Assembly (NCBI GenBank): GCA_016873335.1
Contig: VGXN01000002.1
Location: forward strand, 4,785-68,784
DNA length: 64,000 nt
DNA from: Phycisphaerae bacterium
GTDB taxonomy: Bacteria > Planctomycetota > Phycisphaerae > Phycisphaerales > SM1A02
Reading direction: 5' to 3'
Part shown: piece after piece, positions 44,227 through 53,578 of the stretch
Layout of the letters: each line of letters begins with the position of its first letter
Position numbering within the stretch: the first letter of the stretch is position 1
Position numbers and translations under genes: made by a program
The notes under the pieces: model-generated
Database searches by the model: none
The model's input: only the letters and a program-made list of their open reading frames with translations
Told to the model about the DNA's origin: nothing

Positions 44227-45303
44227 TCACCGCACGTCTGTCTCGCGCCCGAGCGCAGCACTCTCGTAGAACGCCGCGATGATCCGCTGCAGTTCGCGGC
44301 CGTCGTTCGCTGTTGCGGCGGGCTCACTGTGTCCGCGGACCAAGTCACCGAAGCGGCGGTACTGCGCGTCCCACGCCGCATCCCACCCACACGGAGGTTG
44401 CACCGCAGCGATCTCATCCCGCAGCTCGCCATCATGCTCCACCACGCTGCGCACTTCGGAACCGAAGATCTCGAAGTGAACGCCCGCCTTCGCCCCGCGC
44501 AGCAGCAGACCATCGCGCGCGACACCCTCAGGGATGTTCGCTGCCCACGCCACATCAATCTCGATCGACAGTCCACCCTCACAGCGCAGCAGCGCAATCG
44601 CGGCGTCTTCCACATCAAAGGTCCCGTCACTCTTGGGCGGGCCGCCCCACATCTCGGGCGATCGGTACGCGGCGATCGGCGATCCAAACCGTGACGCGGT
44701 CGATGCGCTCACGCGCAGCACACGCGGCCAACCCGCAAGATGCAACGCCAAGTCCATCAGATGAACCCCCACATCGATCATGCATCCGCCGCCCGACCGA
44801 CTGCGCGTCGTGAACCAGCCGCCGAGCCCTGGAATGCCGCGCCGCCGCACGCCCCGCGCCTGAATGAAGTCGATCGGTCCGACTGCTCCTGAACGCACCA
44901 TGCGCATCACATGCTGCGAAGCGGGAGATGAACGGCACACAAGCCCCATCTGCAGTCGCCCCTTCGATCTGTCCGCGGCAGCGCAGATCGAATCGCATTC
45001 CGCGACCGTGAGCGCCATCGGCTTCTCGAGCAGCAAGTGCTTGTTCGCCGCCAGCACCGCCTCAGCGCAGCGCGCATGCGCATCCGTCGGTACGGCGACC
45101 GCGACAGCGGTCACCCCCGAGTGCGCCACCAGCGAGTCGAGACTCGTCGCAGCCGTCGCACCGAACTTGGAAGCAAGCCCACGCGCGCGGTCGGGCTGTG
45201 AATCCCAACAGGCCACCACGCGGAAGCCACTTCGCCGCGCCGCGTCCGCATGGACACTGGCAATCCCTCCGCAGCCAACGATCCCAAGCCCGATCTCGGT
45301 CAT
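44227..45303 (-). CDS. Gfo/Idh/MocA-family NAD(P)-dependent oxidoreductase
   Basis: The N-terminal Rossmann motif is IGLGIVGCGGIASVHADAA, followed by …LLEKPMALTVAECD… (the EKP motif). Confidence 0.8.
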   Translation of the reverse strand: MTEIGLGIVGCGGIASVHADAARRSGFRVVACWDSQPDRARGLASKFGATAATSLDSLVAHSGVTAVAVAVPTDAHARCAEAVLAANKHLLLEKPMALTVAECDSICAAADRSKGRLQMGLVCRSSPASQHVMRMVRSGAVGPIDFIQARGVRRRGIPGLGGWFTTRSRSGGGCMIDVGVHLMDLALHLAGWPRVLRVSASTASRFGSPIAAYRSPEMWGGPPKSDGTFDVEDAAIALLRCEGGLSIEIDVAWAANIPEGVARDGLLLRGAKAGVHFEIFGSEVRSVVEHDGELRDEIAAVQPPCGWDAAWDAQYRRFGDLVRGHSEPAATANDGRELQRIIAAFYESAALGRETDVR

Positions 45304-45316
45304 TCCCTAGCATAGA

Positions 45317-46597
45317 GTGGCGATGAGCAGCACCAGGACCGTGATCATTGGTGCGGGGATCGTGGGTCTCTGTACTGCGTACGAACTCCTGCAGCGTGGG
45401 CACGATGTCATCGTGCTGGACCGCGACTCCACGCTGGACGGCGCATCGGCTGGCAACGCAGGGCTCTTCTCGATCGGGCACGCGCCACTCACCAAGCCGG
45501 GCGCGTCGTGGCGCGGTCTGCGGTGGATGCTCGACAGCCGCTCACCGCTCTGGATTCGCCCGAGCCTCTCCCCCGCGCTCCTGCGTTGGTTGTGGACGTT
45601 CCACCGCCACTGCACACCAGGGCATCTTGAGCGCGCCACACGCACACTCTGCGCACTTGGTTGGAGAACTGTGCAAGCGCTTGAAAACGTCCTCGACCGC
45701 GAGGGCATCGACTGCCTCTACAGGCGATGCGGCTGGATGGATCTCATCCTCGATGAACGCAACCTCGATGCAGCACACCGGGAGGGTCGATCACTCGCGC
45801 CCTACGGGTACCGCACGGACCGCATCAGCGGTGCGGAACTGCGGCGGCGTGATCCGGCGTACCGCGACGAGGTTGCGGGTGCGATCCACTACCTCGACAG
45901 CGCGATCTTGCATCCAGGTCTGCTGCTGCGCGGGCTGGTGAACTCGGTCCGTGCGCATGGCGGCGCGGTGCGGCTCGGCTGCGAAGTGGCCGGGTTCGCG
46001 CGCGCGAGCGATGGTCGCTGCATCGGCGCGCGCCTCGAAAGCGGCGAGGTCATTGAAGGCGGGAGCGTGGTGCTCGCCGCGGGCATCTGGTCCGATCCAT
46101 TGGCCGCGCAACTTGGCATTGCAGTCCCCATGCAGGCCGCGCGCGGCTATCACGTGCAGTTGGAGGGGACTGGCGTGTTGCCGCGGCACGGAGGCGTCAT
46201 GCACGAGACATTCGTGGCGTACAACCCGATGGGGTCACAACTTCGACTTGCGGGAACGCTCGAGATCGGACCGACTGGACGCCCGTGGATGCGCAAGCGG
46301 CTTCAGTCGCTGACCGCAGCCGCGCGGCGATATCTGCACGGTGTCGACCGCGCGCATGTCGCCGCCGAGTGGGCGGGCTACCGACCGTGCACTGCCGACG
46401 GCATGCCAGTCATCGGACCCGTGCCGACAATCCCAGGACTTTTCATCGGAACGGGACACGCGATGATGGGACTGATGCTCGGTCCCGTGACAGGCCGAAT
46501 CCTTGCCGCGGATATCTGTGGCGCACAGCAGGAGATCGATCCCGAGCTGCTTGAGTGCATGCGTCCACAGCGGCTCCGCCCCTCGCGCGCTGCCTAG
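45317..46597 (+). CDS. FAD-dependent oxidoreductase (DadA/DAO family)
   Basis: It has the dinucleotide motif VIIGAGIVGLCTAYELLQRGHDVIVLD and C-terminal …RPCTADGMPVIGP…GLFIGTGHAMMGL. The start is the GTG at 45317 or the ATG at 45323. Confidence 0.75.
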   Translation: MAMSSTRTVIIGAGIVGLCTAYELLQRGHDVIVLDRDSTLDGASAGNAGLFSIGHAPLTKPGASWRGLRWMLDSRSPLWIRPSLSPALLRWLWTFHRHCTPGHLERATRTLCALGWRTVQALENVLDREGIDCLYRRCGWMDLILDERNLDAAHREGRSLAPYGYRTDRISGAELRRRDPAYRDEVAGAIHYLDSAILHPGLLLRGLVNSVRAHGGAVRLGCEVAGFARASDGRCIGARLESGEVIEGGSVVLAAGIWSDPLAAQLGIAVPMQAARGYHVQLEGTGVLPRHGGVMHETFVAYNPMGSQLRLAGTLEIGPTGRPWMRKRLQSLTAAARRYLHGVDRAHVAAEWAGYRPCTADGMPVIGPVPTIPGLFIGTGHAMMGLMLGPVTGRILAADICGAQQEIDPELLECMRPQRLRPSRAA

Positions 46598-47493
46598 GAC
46601 AGCGCAAGCCGCGCTGCACCGCGCACGCCACTTGCGTCGCCATGCACTGCGCTGCGCAGCGGCGTCGTGAAAGCATCGGAGAAGAGTCGCTCGCCAAGAA
46701 GCGCAGGTACTCGCTCATAGATCTCGCGAATGTTGCTGAGACCACCGCCGAGCACAATGACATCCGGGTCGATCAGATGCACGACACCAACGAGCGCATC
46801 AGCGAGCCGTGTGCACAGCAGTTCGATCACCCGCTTCGCACGCTCCTCCCCTGCCGCGGCGCGCTCTGCGATCACGGACATCGCCGCCGCCTCTCCACCA
46901 AGCGCCGCGTACTCGTGCTCGAGTGCCGGTCCCGCGAGGAACTGTTCGGTACAGCCGAACAAGCCGCAGTAGCACGGGCGCGAGCGGCGCTCTGCAGCAT
47001 CGGTTCCCGGCATCTGCGTGTGCCCCCACTCCCCGGCGACCGCGTTTCGCCCAACCACGATGCGACCATCGACCACCACGCCTCCACCGATACCCGTCCC
47101 GAGGATCGCAGCGAAAACAACATGCGCGCCAGCGGCTGCACCATCATGCGCCTCACTGAGGGCGAGGCAGTTGGCGTCGTTTGCTCCGCGCACATTTCGG
47201 CGAAGCAGTTTGGACAGATCCCCGATGAGATCCCGACCATTGAGGCACGTGGAGTTTGCGTTGCGGTGCAGACCCGTTCGTGGCGACACGCTGCCCGGGT
47301 AGCCAATGCCGAGAGGACACTCGCACTTCGCCACCGCATCGAGGCGGCGCACCAACTGCGCGATGACAGCGAGTGTCCCCGCGTAATCGCCTTGCGGCGT
47401 CGAGACGCGTGGGCGTTCCACTTCCGTTCCGGAGGCATCCATCAGGCACGCTGCGACCTTCGTGCCGCCGAGGTCGATGCCAATGCGCATCAT
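46594..47493 (-). CDS. ROK-family sugar kinase (N-acetylglucosamine/glucokinase-like)
   Basis: MMRIGIDLGGTKVAA…VRGANDANCLALSEA…AILGTGIGGGVVVDG…GEWGH…RPCYCGLFGCTEQFLAG is the ROK Zn motif. The start overlaps the hutG stop (ATGA at 47490-47493). Confidence 0.8.
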   Translation of the reverse strand: MMRIGIDLGGTKVAACLMDASGTEVERPRVSTPQGDYAGTLAVIAQLVRRLDAVAKCECPLGIGYPGSVSPRTGLHRNANSTCLNGRDLIGDLSKLLRRNVRGANDANCLALSEAHDGAAAGAHVVFAAILGTGIGGGVVVDGRIVVGRNAVAGEWGHTQMPGTDAAERRSRPCYCGLFGCTEQFLAGPALEHEYAALGGEAAAMSVIAERAAAGEERAKRVIELLCTRLADALVGVVHLIDPDVIVLGGGLSNIREIYERVPALLGERLFSDAFTTPLRSAVHGDASGVRGAARLALS

Positions 47494-48443
47494 GACGGAA
47501 CAGGGAGCGCACGGATCACGCAATCGAGCAGCGCGGCGCCAAGACGCGCAGTGCGCCCACCGATATCGAGCGGCGGTGAACACTCCGCAAGTTCGATGCC
47601 CGCCACCTTCCCGCTGCCTGCGATCCGCCGCAGCACACTGCGCAGCGCCGCATCGGGCAGAATGCCCATCGGCGATGGCGCGCTGACGCCAGGCGCACTC
47701 GACGCGAGGAACGCATCGAGATCAATGCTGAGGCAGATGAGATCGACCGATCCGATGAAGCGGTCGACGATGGCTGCCAGAGCGGACTCCTGCGATGCCG
47801 CAAACGCATCCGCATCCACGATCTGTGCGCCATGCGCGGCGGCGGACTGCAGCAGCGCGGGTGTGTTGTGCGCGGGCTGCATCCCAAGCAGCAGGTAGCG
47901 AAAGGGCGCACCGATCAGCGCGCTATGCCCATGCACTTGCAGGAACGGCGATCCCGAGTGGGGATGCCCGCGCGAGAGTGGGCGCATATCGACATGTGCA
48001 TCGATGTTGATGCATCCCACCACCGAACCCCTTGAAGCCGCCTGCACAACGCCAAGCCAGTGTCCAAACGCCTGATCGTGACCGCCGCCGAACACGAGCG
48101 GGATTCCACCACCGACCCGCACTGCTGCGACGGCCGCTGCGAGCGCGCGCTGCCATGCGAGGACATCACTCTTGGGACCTGAGATGTCCCCTGCATCGAA
48201 CAGCGCGAATCCAGCCGGGGCGGGCAAGTTCGCGCACGCGGTCCGAAGCGAGCTTGGCCCCTCCGCGGCGCCTGGTCTCCCGTGATTTGCCCGCACACCC
48301 GCGTCCGAGGGATACCCGATGACCACGAGTGGTCGGCGATGATGCCGCTGCGCAGGTTCCGCATCCCACGGCTGCATCGCCTGATGCCAGCGCTGCGCCT
48401 CGGGCTGCGGTCCATCGTCTCGGCCTCGCCACTGCCACGCCAT
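47490..48443 (-). CDS. hutG: Formimidoylglutamase (arginase/ureohydrolase family)
   Basis: …VVIGYPSDAGVRANHGRPGAAEGPSSLR… is the HutG-type G.p.d.GV..N.GR.GA..GP motif. The metal ligand motifs are GGGHDQAF, INIDAHVDMR and SIDLDAF. Confidence 0.7.
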   Translation of the reverse strand: MAWQWRGRDDGPQPEAQRWHQAMQPWDAEPAQRHHRRPLVVIGYPSDAGVRANHGRPGAAEGPSSLRTACANLPAPAGFALFDAGDISGPKSDVLAWQRALAAAVAAVRVGGGIPLVFGGGHDQAFGHWLGVVQAASRGSVVGCINIDAHVDMRPLSRGHPHSGSPFLQVHGHSALIGAPFRYLLLGMQPAHNTPALLQSAAAHGAQIVDADAFAASQESALAAIVDRFIGSVDLICLSIDLDAFLASSAPGVSAPSPMGILPDAALRSVLRRIAGSGKVAGIELAECSPPLDIGGRTARLGAALLDCVIRALPVPS

Positions 48444-48494
48444 AACCGCGATCCTACGGTTCCCACATGAACGCTGCGCAGTCGCTCCGCGTCG

Positions 48495-49289
48495 CTACTT
48501 GTCGCTGCCGCCAAAGAGTGACTTGAACGCATCCCCGACTTGTTGCAGTCCTTCACCAATCGTGGAACCGCTCTGCTGGAGAACATTGCCCAGCTGCGAT
48601 GTGGCAGACTGCAGACCATTTGAGATCGAAGTGGGCAACCCCTCGATCTGTGCCTTGGCGATCGCCACGATCAGCTGATCCATGAGTTGCGCCGAGATTT
48701 TCGCCGTGACCTGGTCCACTGTGGTCTTGGTGCCGATGTCCTTGACCACGATGTCAGGAATGGTCGCCTCGAGCACCTTGCCGGAGGCGAGTGCGTTCTC
48801 GAGCCGTGCCTTGACTCGAATGTCCGTGATGCGGAGTTCACGCACAGTCACCACGGACTTCGAGGGCGTGGCAGGCGCACCAGTGGTCGGCGCACCTGCC
48901 CCAGCGGAAGAAATGTTGTCGACCACCACCTGCAGATTGATGCGACCATTGACTTCCGACAGATCGACTGTCACACCAGTGATCGCCACCTCCTCGATCA
49001 CGATGTCATCGCTCAGCAGTTCACCCAAGCCAGCCCGCACTTCAACGCGGTCCACCGAGAGCATCGGATCCCCTGCGAATCCCTCGGGTTGTGCCACGAC
49101 AAGCCCGTTTACGTTGGATGAACCAGAGAGCAACCCCAGATGCACTGATCGAACCGAGGTGGTGACGCCGAGCACTCGCGTCCCAGCCGTCGAGACGATG
49201 CGCGCCGCAACAGCATCCAGAAAGAGCAGTGCCATGACCACGACGGCCATCACAAGCACCGCGCCCCCAAGAACGACCTTCTTCACCAT
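48495..49289 (-). CDS. Hypothetical membrane-anchored protein (AsmA/DUF748-like repeats suspected)
   Basis: It has an N-terminal anchor (MVKKVVLGGAVLVMAVVVMALLF) followed by a beta-rich Val/Gly/Ser sequence. Alternative ATG starts are at 49349 and 49367. The 49349 start would overlap the first folE ATG by 2 nt (CATG). Confidence 0.5.
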   Translation of the reverse strand: MVKKVVLGGAVLVMAVVVMALLFLDAVAARIVSTAGTRVLGVTTSVRSVHLGLLSGSSNVNGLVVAQPEGFAGDPMLSVDRVEVRAGLGELLSDDIVIEEVAITGVTVDLSEVNGRINLQVVVDNISSAGAGAPTTGAPATPSKSVVTVRELRITDIRVKARLENALASGKVLEATIPDIVVKDIGTKTTVDQVTAKISAQLMDQLIVAIAKAQIEGLPTSISNGLQSATSQLGNVLQQSGSTIGEGLQQVGDAFKSLFGGSDK

Positions 49290-49377
49290 CGATGAATTGG
49301 AGGCAGTTGAAGCGCTGGGCGCATGAGCCGCGGATCTTGAGTCGCTCATGGGGTTGCAGCCTATCATTCACTCCCCC

Positions 49378-49986
49378 ATGGAGCGTGATGCACCACTCGA
49401 CGCAGAGGCGACCGCCGCACTCGACCACGTCCGCGCACTTCTGAAGTACATCGGAGAGGACCCGACGCGCGAGGGGCTCTTGGACACGCCGCGCCGTGTG
49501 GCGCTCGCGCTGCGCGAGCACTTCGTCGGCTACACGATGGATCCCGCGAAGGAACTGTCGCGCACTTTCTCGGAGATCGAGGGCTACGACCAGATGGTGC
49601 TGCTCACCGGAATCGATGTGCACAGCCACTGCGAACATCACATGGTTCCGTTTGTCGGCAAGGCGCATGTGGCGTACATCCCAAGTGGACGCGTGGTGGG
49701 GCTTTCCAAGTTGGCGAAGGTCGTGGAGATTTACGCCAAGCGACTTCAGGTGCAGGAAAAGTTGACCGCGCAGATCGCCAACAGCATTCAAGAGCACCTG
49801 CAGCCACTCGGCGTCGCGGTCGTCGTCCAGGCGCGGCACTTCTGCATGTGCTACCGCGGCGTGCGCCAGCCACATGCGTGGACGACCACCAGCAAGTTGA
49901 CGGGCGTGTTCTTGGAGGACCCAGCCACGCGCAGCGAGTTCTTGCGCCTCATCTCCATCGGGCAAGAACCCGCAACAGGCTTCTGA
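49378..49986 (+). CDS. folE: GTP cyclohydrolase I
   Basis: …IGEDPTREGLLDTPRRVA…HSHCEHHMVPFVGKAHVAYIPSGRVVGLSKLAKVVEIYAKRLQVQEKLT… is the FolE signature. An alternative start is at 49348. Confidence 0.9.
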   Translation: MERDAPLDAEATAALDHVRALLKYIGEDPTREGLLDTPRRVALALREHFVGYTMDPAKELSRTFSEIEGYDQMVLLTGIDVHSHCEHHMVPFVGKAHVAYIPSGRVVGLSKLAKVVEIYAKRLQVQEKLTAQIANSIQEHLQPLGVAVVVQARHFCMCYRGVRQPHAWTTTSKLTGVFLEDPATRSEFLRLISIGQEPATGF

Positions 49987-49999
49987 AACGGACCGCGGA

Positions 50000-50962
50000 T
50001 CAGCCCGCGCGCCCGACCGCATCGATCGCGATGCACTCGAACGCCACGTGCGCAGCAAGCAGCGCGGTGATCCCGGCGACATCGCGCGCGGGACAGACCT
50101 CAACCACATCCGCACCAACCAGCTGCGCGCCTGCGAACGCGCGCACCTGAGCAAGCAGCGCACCCGACGACAGTCCGCCACACACGGGAGTTCCCGTGCC
50201 AGGCGCAAAGGCGGGATCCGCACAGTCCATATCGCACGAGAGATAGAGCGGCGCATCACCGATGCGGCGCCGAAACGACTGCACATGCGCTGCGGCATCC
50301 GCCGCATTCGCATGGAACGCAGCCGCAGGAATCGTTGTCATCCCCTTGTCGCGCGCAAAGGCGAGATCATCGAGCGTGTTCAGTCCGCCGCGCTGCCCAA
50401 TCAGCAGCGTGCGCGTGGGATCGATGCATCCATCCTCGACTGCCCGCCGCAGAAAGGACGCGTGGCTGAACGGCTCGTTCCACACGCGGTCCACCGTGTC
50501 GACATGCGCGTCAAGGACGACCAATGCCAGTCCGCTTCCAGGCCGACCGCAGCGTTCCCATGCGGCGCGAATGTTGGCGAGCGACACCGAGTGATCGCCA
50601 CCAAGCGCCAACAGGTGCGCGCCGGCACCGCCGAGCGTCTTCGCGAAGTCCGTGACCAGATCGAGATTGTCCGCACAGGAGAAGGGCGCCACGGGCGCAT
50701 CACCCGCATCTGCCAAGGAGAACACCTTCGCAATGTCCACCTGCAACTCAATGCTCGCGGGCTTCACATACTGGCTCGCTTCACGCACCGCACGCGGACC
50801 GAAGCGCGCTCCGGGGTGGAAGGTCGTGCCACCATCGAATGGGATGCCGTACACGACCCAGTCGTGCGTTCCCGCCGCATCTTCCAATCGAGGAAAGCGC
50901 ATGAATGTGGCGAGCCCAGCGAACCGCGGCTGAACCCTTCCGCTCGGCAGTTCTGTCGGCAT
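50000..50962 (-). CDS. Arginase-family ureohydrolase (agmatinase/guanidino-acid hydrolase-like)
   Basis: …FAGLATFMRFP…GIPFDGGTTFHPGARFGPRAVREAS… is followed by the Mn ligand motifs LGGDHSVS, VLDAHVDT and SCDMDCADPAFAPGTGTP. It lies 24 nt downstream of astD on the same strand. Confidence 0.8.
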   Translation of the reverse strand: MPTELPSGRVQPRFAGLATFMRFPRLEDAAGTHDWVVYGIPFDGGTTFHPGARFGPRAVREASQYVKPASIELQVDIAKVFSLADAGDAPVAPFSCADNLDLVTDFAKTLGGAGAHLLALGGDHSVSLANIRAAWERCGRPGSGLALVVLDAHVDTVDRVWNEPFSHASFLRRAVEDGCIDPTRTLLIGQRGGLNTLDDLAFARDKGMTTIPAAAFHANAADAAAHVQSFRRRIGDAPLYLSCDMDCADPAFAPGTGTPVCGGLSSGALLAQVRAFAGAQLVGADVVEVCPARDVAGITALLAAHVAFECIAIDAVGRAG

Positions 50963-50986
50963 GTGCGCAGGATAATCGGGCGCGGA

Positions 50987-52492
50987 TCAGAAGGGATCCA
51001 TGCCTGGCGGCAGTGGCGCAGCGTCGGTTCGCTCCTCCAGGTGGGCAACGGGGAACGCACAGGAGTCCACGCCAAACGCCGCTGCAGGCCGATGATTCCC
51101 CGACAATCCAAGCCCGCCGAACGGCAAGCGACTGCTCGCGCCCGCAGTGCCGACATTCCAGTTCACGCAGCCAGCGCGAAGCCGCGGCGAGATCGCTTGC
51201 CAGCGCGCAGCGTCCGCCGTGAAGACAGCCGCGGCAAGACCGAAGCGTGTGGCATTCGCCTGCTCCACCGCCTCGTCATCGCTGTCCACCACCGCCACCT
51301 GCAGCAGTGGACCGAAGACCTCCTCATCCGCCTCGGCACTGAAACGGTCGACACGAAGCACGCCTGGCGTCAGGAACCAGCCTTCGCGTGCGGGCGCGCG
51401 TGCCGCGAGCAGCGACACGCACCCTTCGCGCACGCGCCGCGACTGGAACGCGACCACCGCCTCACGCGCGGCTTCACGGATGAGTGGCCCCATGAACACA
51501 CCCGCCTCGTCGCCACCACCCACACGAAGCCGTGAAGCGACTTCCACCAACAAATGCATGAACGCATCCGCGACGCCGCGCTGCACGATCACGCGGCGCG
51601 TGCACGTGCAGCGTTGCCCTGCCGTCGCGAACGCGGACCGCACGCACTCCACCACCGCTTGCTTGAGATGGCAATCATCGAGCACGATGGCGGGATTGCT
51701 GCCGCCCATCTCAAGCGCCACGATGCGCCCCGGTCGATCGAGATTCGCCTGCAGGATCCGCCGACCCACGGGCCACGATCCCGTGAACAAGATGCCATCG
51801 ATGTGCTCGTGCGCGGCAAGCGCCGCAGCGCCCCCAGCGCACGCTTGCACCACGTTGAAGACACCCGGCGGAAATCCTGCCGCGTCCGCGAGCTCGGCGA
51901 GCAGCTGCCCGACCGCTGGCGTGCGTTCACTCGGCTTGAGCACCACCGTGTTGCCAAGCAGCAGCGCGGGCACGAAGTGACCGTTGGGCAGGTGGGCAGG
52001 AAAGTTGAACGGCCCAAAGACCGCCATCACGCCGTGCGGACGAAACGCACAGACACCGCGCCGCGTCGGCGACAGATCGACGCCAAACCCCCGCACGCGA
52101 TCGAGTGTGCGTTCCTCCACCGTGATCGTCACCTTCTCCGCGAGCGCCTTCGCTTCCAGGAGCGCCTCCCCGCGCGTCTTGCCCACCTCGAGCACCAGCA
52201 GATCCGCGATGCGCGACTCGTTCGCCACCACGACATCACGCCAGCGCAGCAGCGCCGCGTGCCTTTCTTGTGCAGCCGTACACGCCCACGCTCGCCCCGC
52301 CGAACGCGCAGCGGCGACCGCACGGTCAATGTGCGCACGCACGGGGGCGGCGTTCCACACGATGGTGGTCGGCTGCGAAGGATCGGCGCTGCAGATCATC
52401 TCCTCCCCCGCCGCGGGAAGCGTGTGCCAAGAACCGCCGATGAAGTCCGCGGGAGCTTGGCGCAGGAACCCGCGCCGGACCGCCTCGCTCAT
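50987..52492 (-). CDS. astD: N-succinylglutamate 5-semialdehyde dehydrogenase
   Basis: It is collinear with E. coli AstD as I recall it: RPHGVMAVFGPFNFPAHLPNGHFVPALLLGNTVVLKPSE, ALEMGGSNP, AGQRCTC.RR, and the AstD-specific C-terminus VNWN…GASSRLPFGGLGLSGNHRPAA…PPGMDPF. Confidence 0.85.
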   Translation of the reverse strand: MSEAVRRGFLRQAPADFIGGSWHTLPAAGEEMICSADPSQPTTIVWNAAPVRAHIDRAVAAARSAGRAWACTAAQERHAALLRWRDVVVANESRIADLLVLEVGKTRGEALLEAKALAEKVTITVEERTLDRVRGFGVDLSPTRRGVCAFRPHGVMAVFGPFNFPAHLPNGHFVPALLLGNTVVLKPSERTPAVGQLLAELADAAGFPPGVFNVVQACAGGAAALAAHEHIDGILFTGSWPVGRRILQANLDRPGRIVALEMGGSNPAIVLDDCHLKQAVVECVRSAFATAGQRCTCTRRVIVQRGVADAFMHLLVEVASRLRVGGGDEAGVFMGPLIREAAREAVVAFQSRRVREGCVSLLAARAPAREGWFLTPGVLRVDRFSAEADEEVFGPLLQVAVVDSDDEAVEQANATRFGLAAAVFTADAARWQAISPRLRAGCVNWNVGTAGASSRLPFGGLGLSGNHRPAAAFGVDSCAFPVAHLEERTDAAPLPPGMDPF

Positions 52493-53577
52493 GCGCGGCT
52501 CCGACGGCGCGGCGCTGCACCGCTGCGGCGGCGTGCGCCCGTCAGCGGCACTGCACGCCCCTGCGCATCGAACGCCGTGACGGCGATCTTCGTTCCCTTC
52601 GATGCTCCGAGCGTTTCAATGACGCGCTCGGGCAGCAGCAGTGTTCCTGCGCGAAGCGAGAATCCGCTGCGCACAGCACGGAATCCTCGCGCACCCGCGC
52701 AGGAGACGATCCCGCGGTGGGAACCGCGCGCGCCCGCGCCACCAAGCGGCAGCACCGCCGATGCGTTCACGATCGGAATGTTCGCCGTCACTGCTTCGAG
52801 ATAGGGACCGCCATCGAACGGATCGACATGCTCCTGCGGCTGGAATCCGAGCTTCGTCAGCATGTGCAGCGCAGGCAGCGTTTCATCGCCGACCTTGCCC
52901 ACCAACTGGCGCGCCTCGGGTGGCAGCAGCGACGTGTAGATCTCGACGGACGGGAAGAGCTTGAGGATGAACTCCTTGCTGCGCTGATTGAACGTGTCCG
53001 CTTCGGTGTACGAAAGATTGATGAAGCGGCGTCCGAGATAATCCCACAGCGTCGATCGACTGTCGGTCGTGAGCGCACCCATCATCTCCGCGATGATGCG
53101 CTTCTGAAACTGCTGCGGGCGAGCGGCGATGAACTGGAAACGCGTATGGGAGAGGAACGCGCCAAGCTTCTGCGGATGACCGCGGTATCCGGGCGCGAGA
53201 ATCAGTCCGCCAATCTCGCTTGGTCCACTCTCATCCTTGTCCAGTTGGATCGTCACATGCACCTGGCCCGTTCCGAGATCCTTGCTGTAGTGCTCGCGGC
53301 GTCGCACGCGAAAGAACAGGTGCGGGTGACCTGGCCATGAAATCCGCGAATACACCGTGCTTGTGCCGACCACCGACCCCGAGTCCGCGTCCTCCAGGAC
53401 GAACACGAACTCGCGTCCGCGGGCGTCACGCACCGAGCCCGCGAACGCGCGGTGGCTCCGATCAAGTTTCGCGGCGAGCGCATCACGATCCTGCGGCAGA
53501 TTGAAGGAGTGCACGAGCCGCGCAAGCTTCAGCAGCTGCGGCATGTCCTCGACGGTCGCTTCACGGATGACGAACAT
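52489..53577 (-). CDS. astA: Arginine N-succinyltransferase
   Basis: It is collinear with E. coli AstA as I recall it: …FVFVLEDADSGSVVGTS…, …SEIGGLILAPGYRG…LGAFLSHTRFQFIAA…IIAEMMG…, …LWDYLGRRFINLSYTEAD…, …DPFDGGPYLE…. ATGA overlaps astD. Confidence 0.85.
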   Translation of the reverse strand: MFVIREATVEDMPQLLKLARLVHSFNLPQDRDALAAKLDRSHRAFAGSVRDARGREFVFVLEDADSGSVVGTSTVYSRISWPGHPHLFFRVRRREHYSKDLGTGQVHVTIQLDKDESGPSEIGGLILAPGYRGHPQKLGAFLSHTRFQFIAARPQQFQKRIIAEMMGALTTDSRSTLWDYLGRRFINLSYTEADTFNQRSKEFILKLFPSVEIYTSLLPPEARQLVGKVGDETLPALHMLTKLGFQPQEHVDPFDGGPYLEAVTANIPIVNASAVLPLGGAGARGSHRGIVSCAGARGFRAVRSGFSLRAGTLLLPERVIETLGASKGTKIAVTAFDAQGRAVPLTGARRRSGAAPRRRSRA

Positions 53578-53578
53578 G

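Noticed and set aside
49347-49350. Divergent genes whose longest-ORF starts overlap (CATG), for folE and the AsmA-like gene.
   Set aside because: This is probably an annotation artefact of choosing the longest ORFs. Internal starts at 49378 for folE and 49289 for the membrane protein give normal N-termini and leave an 88-bp promoter spacer.
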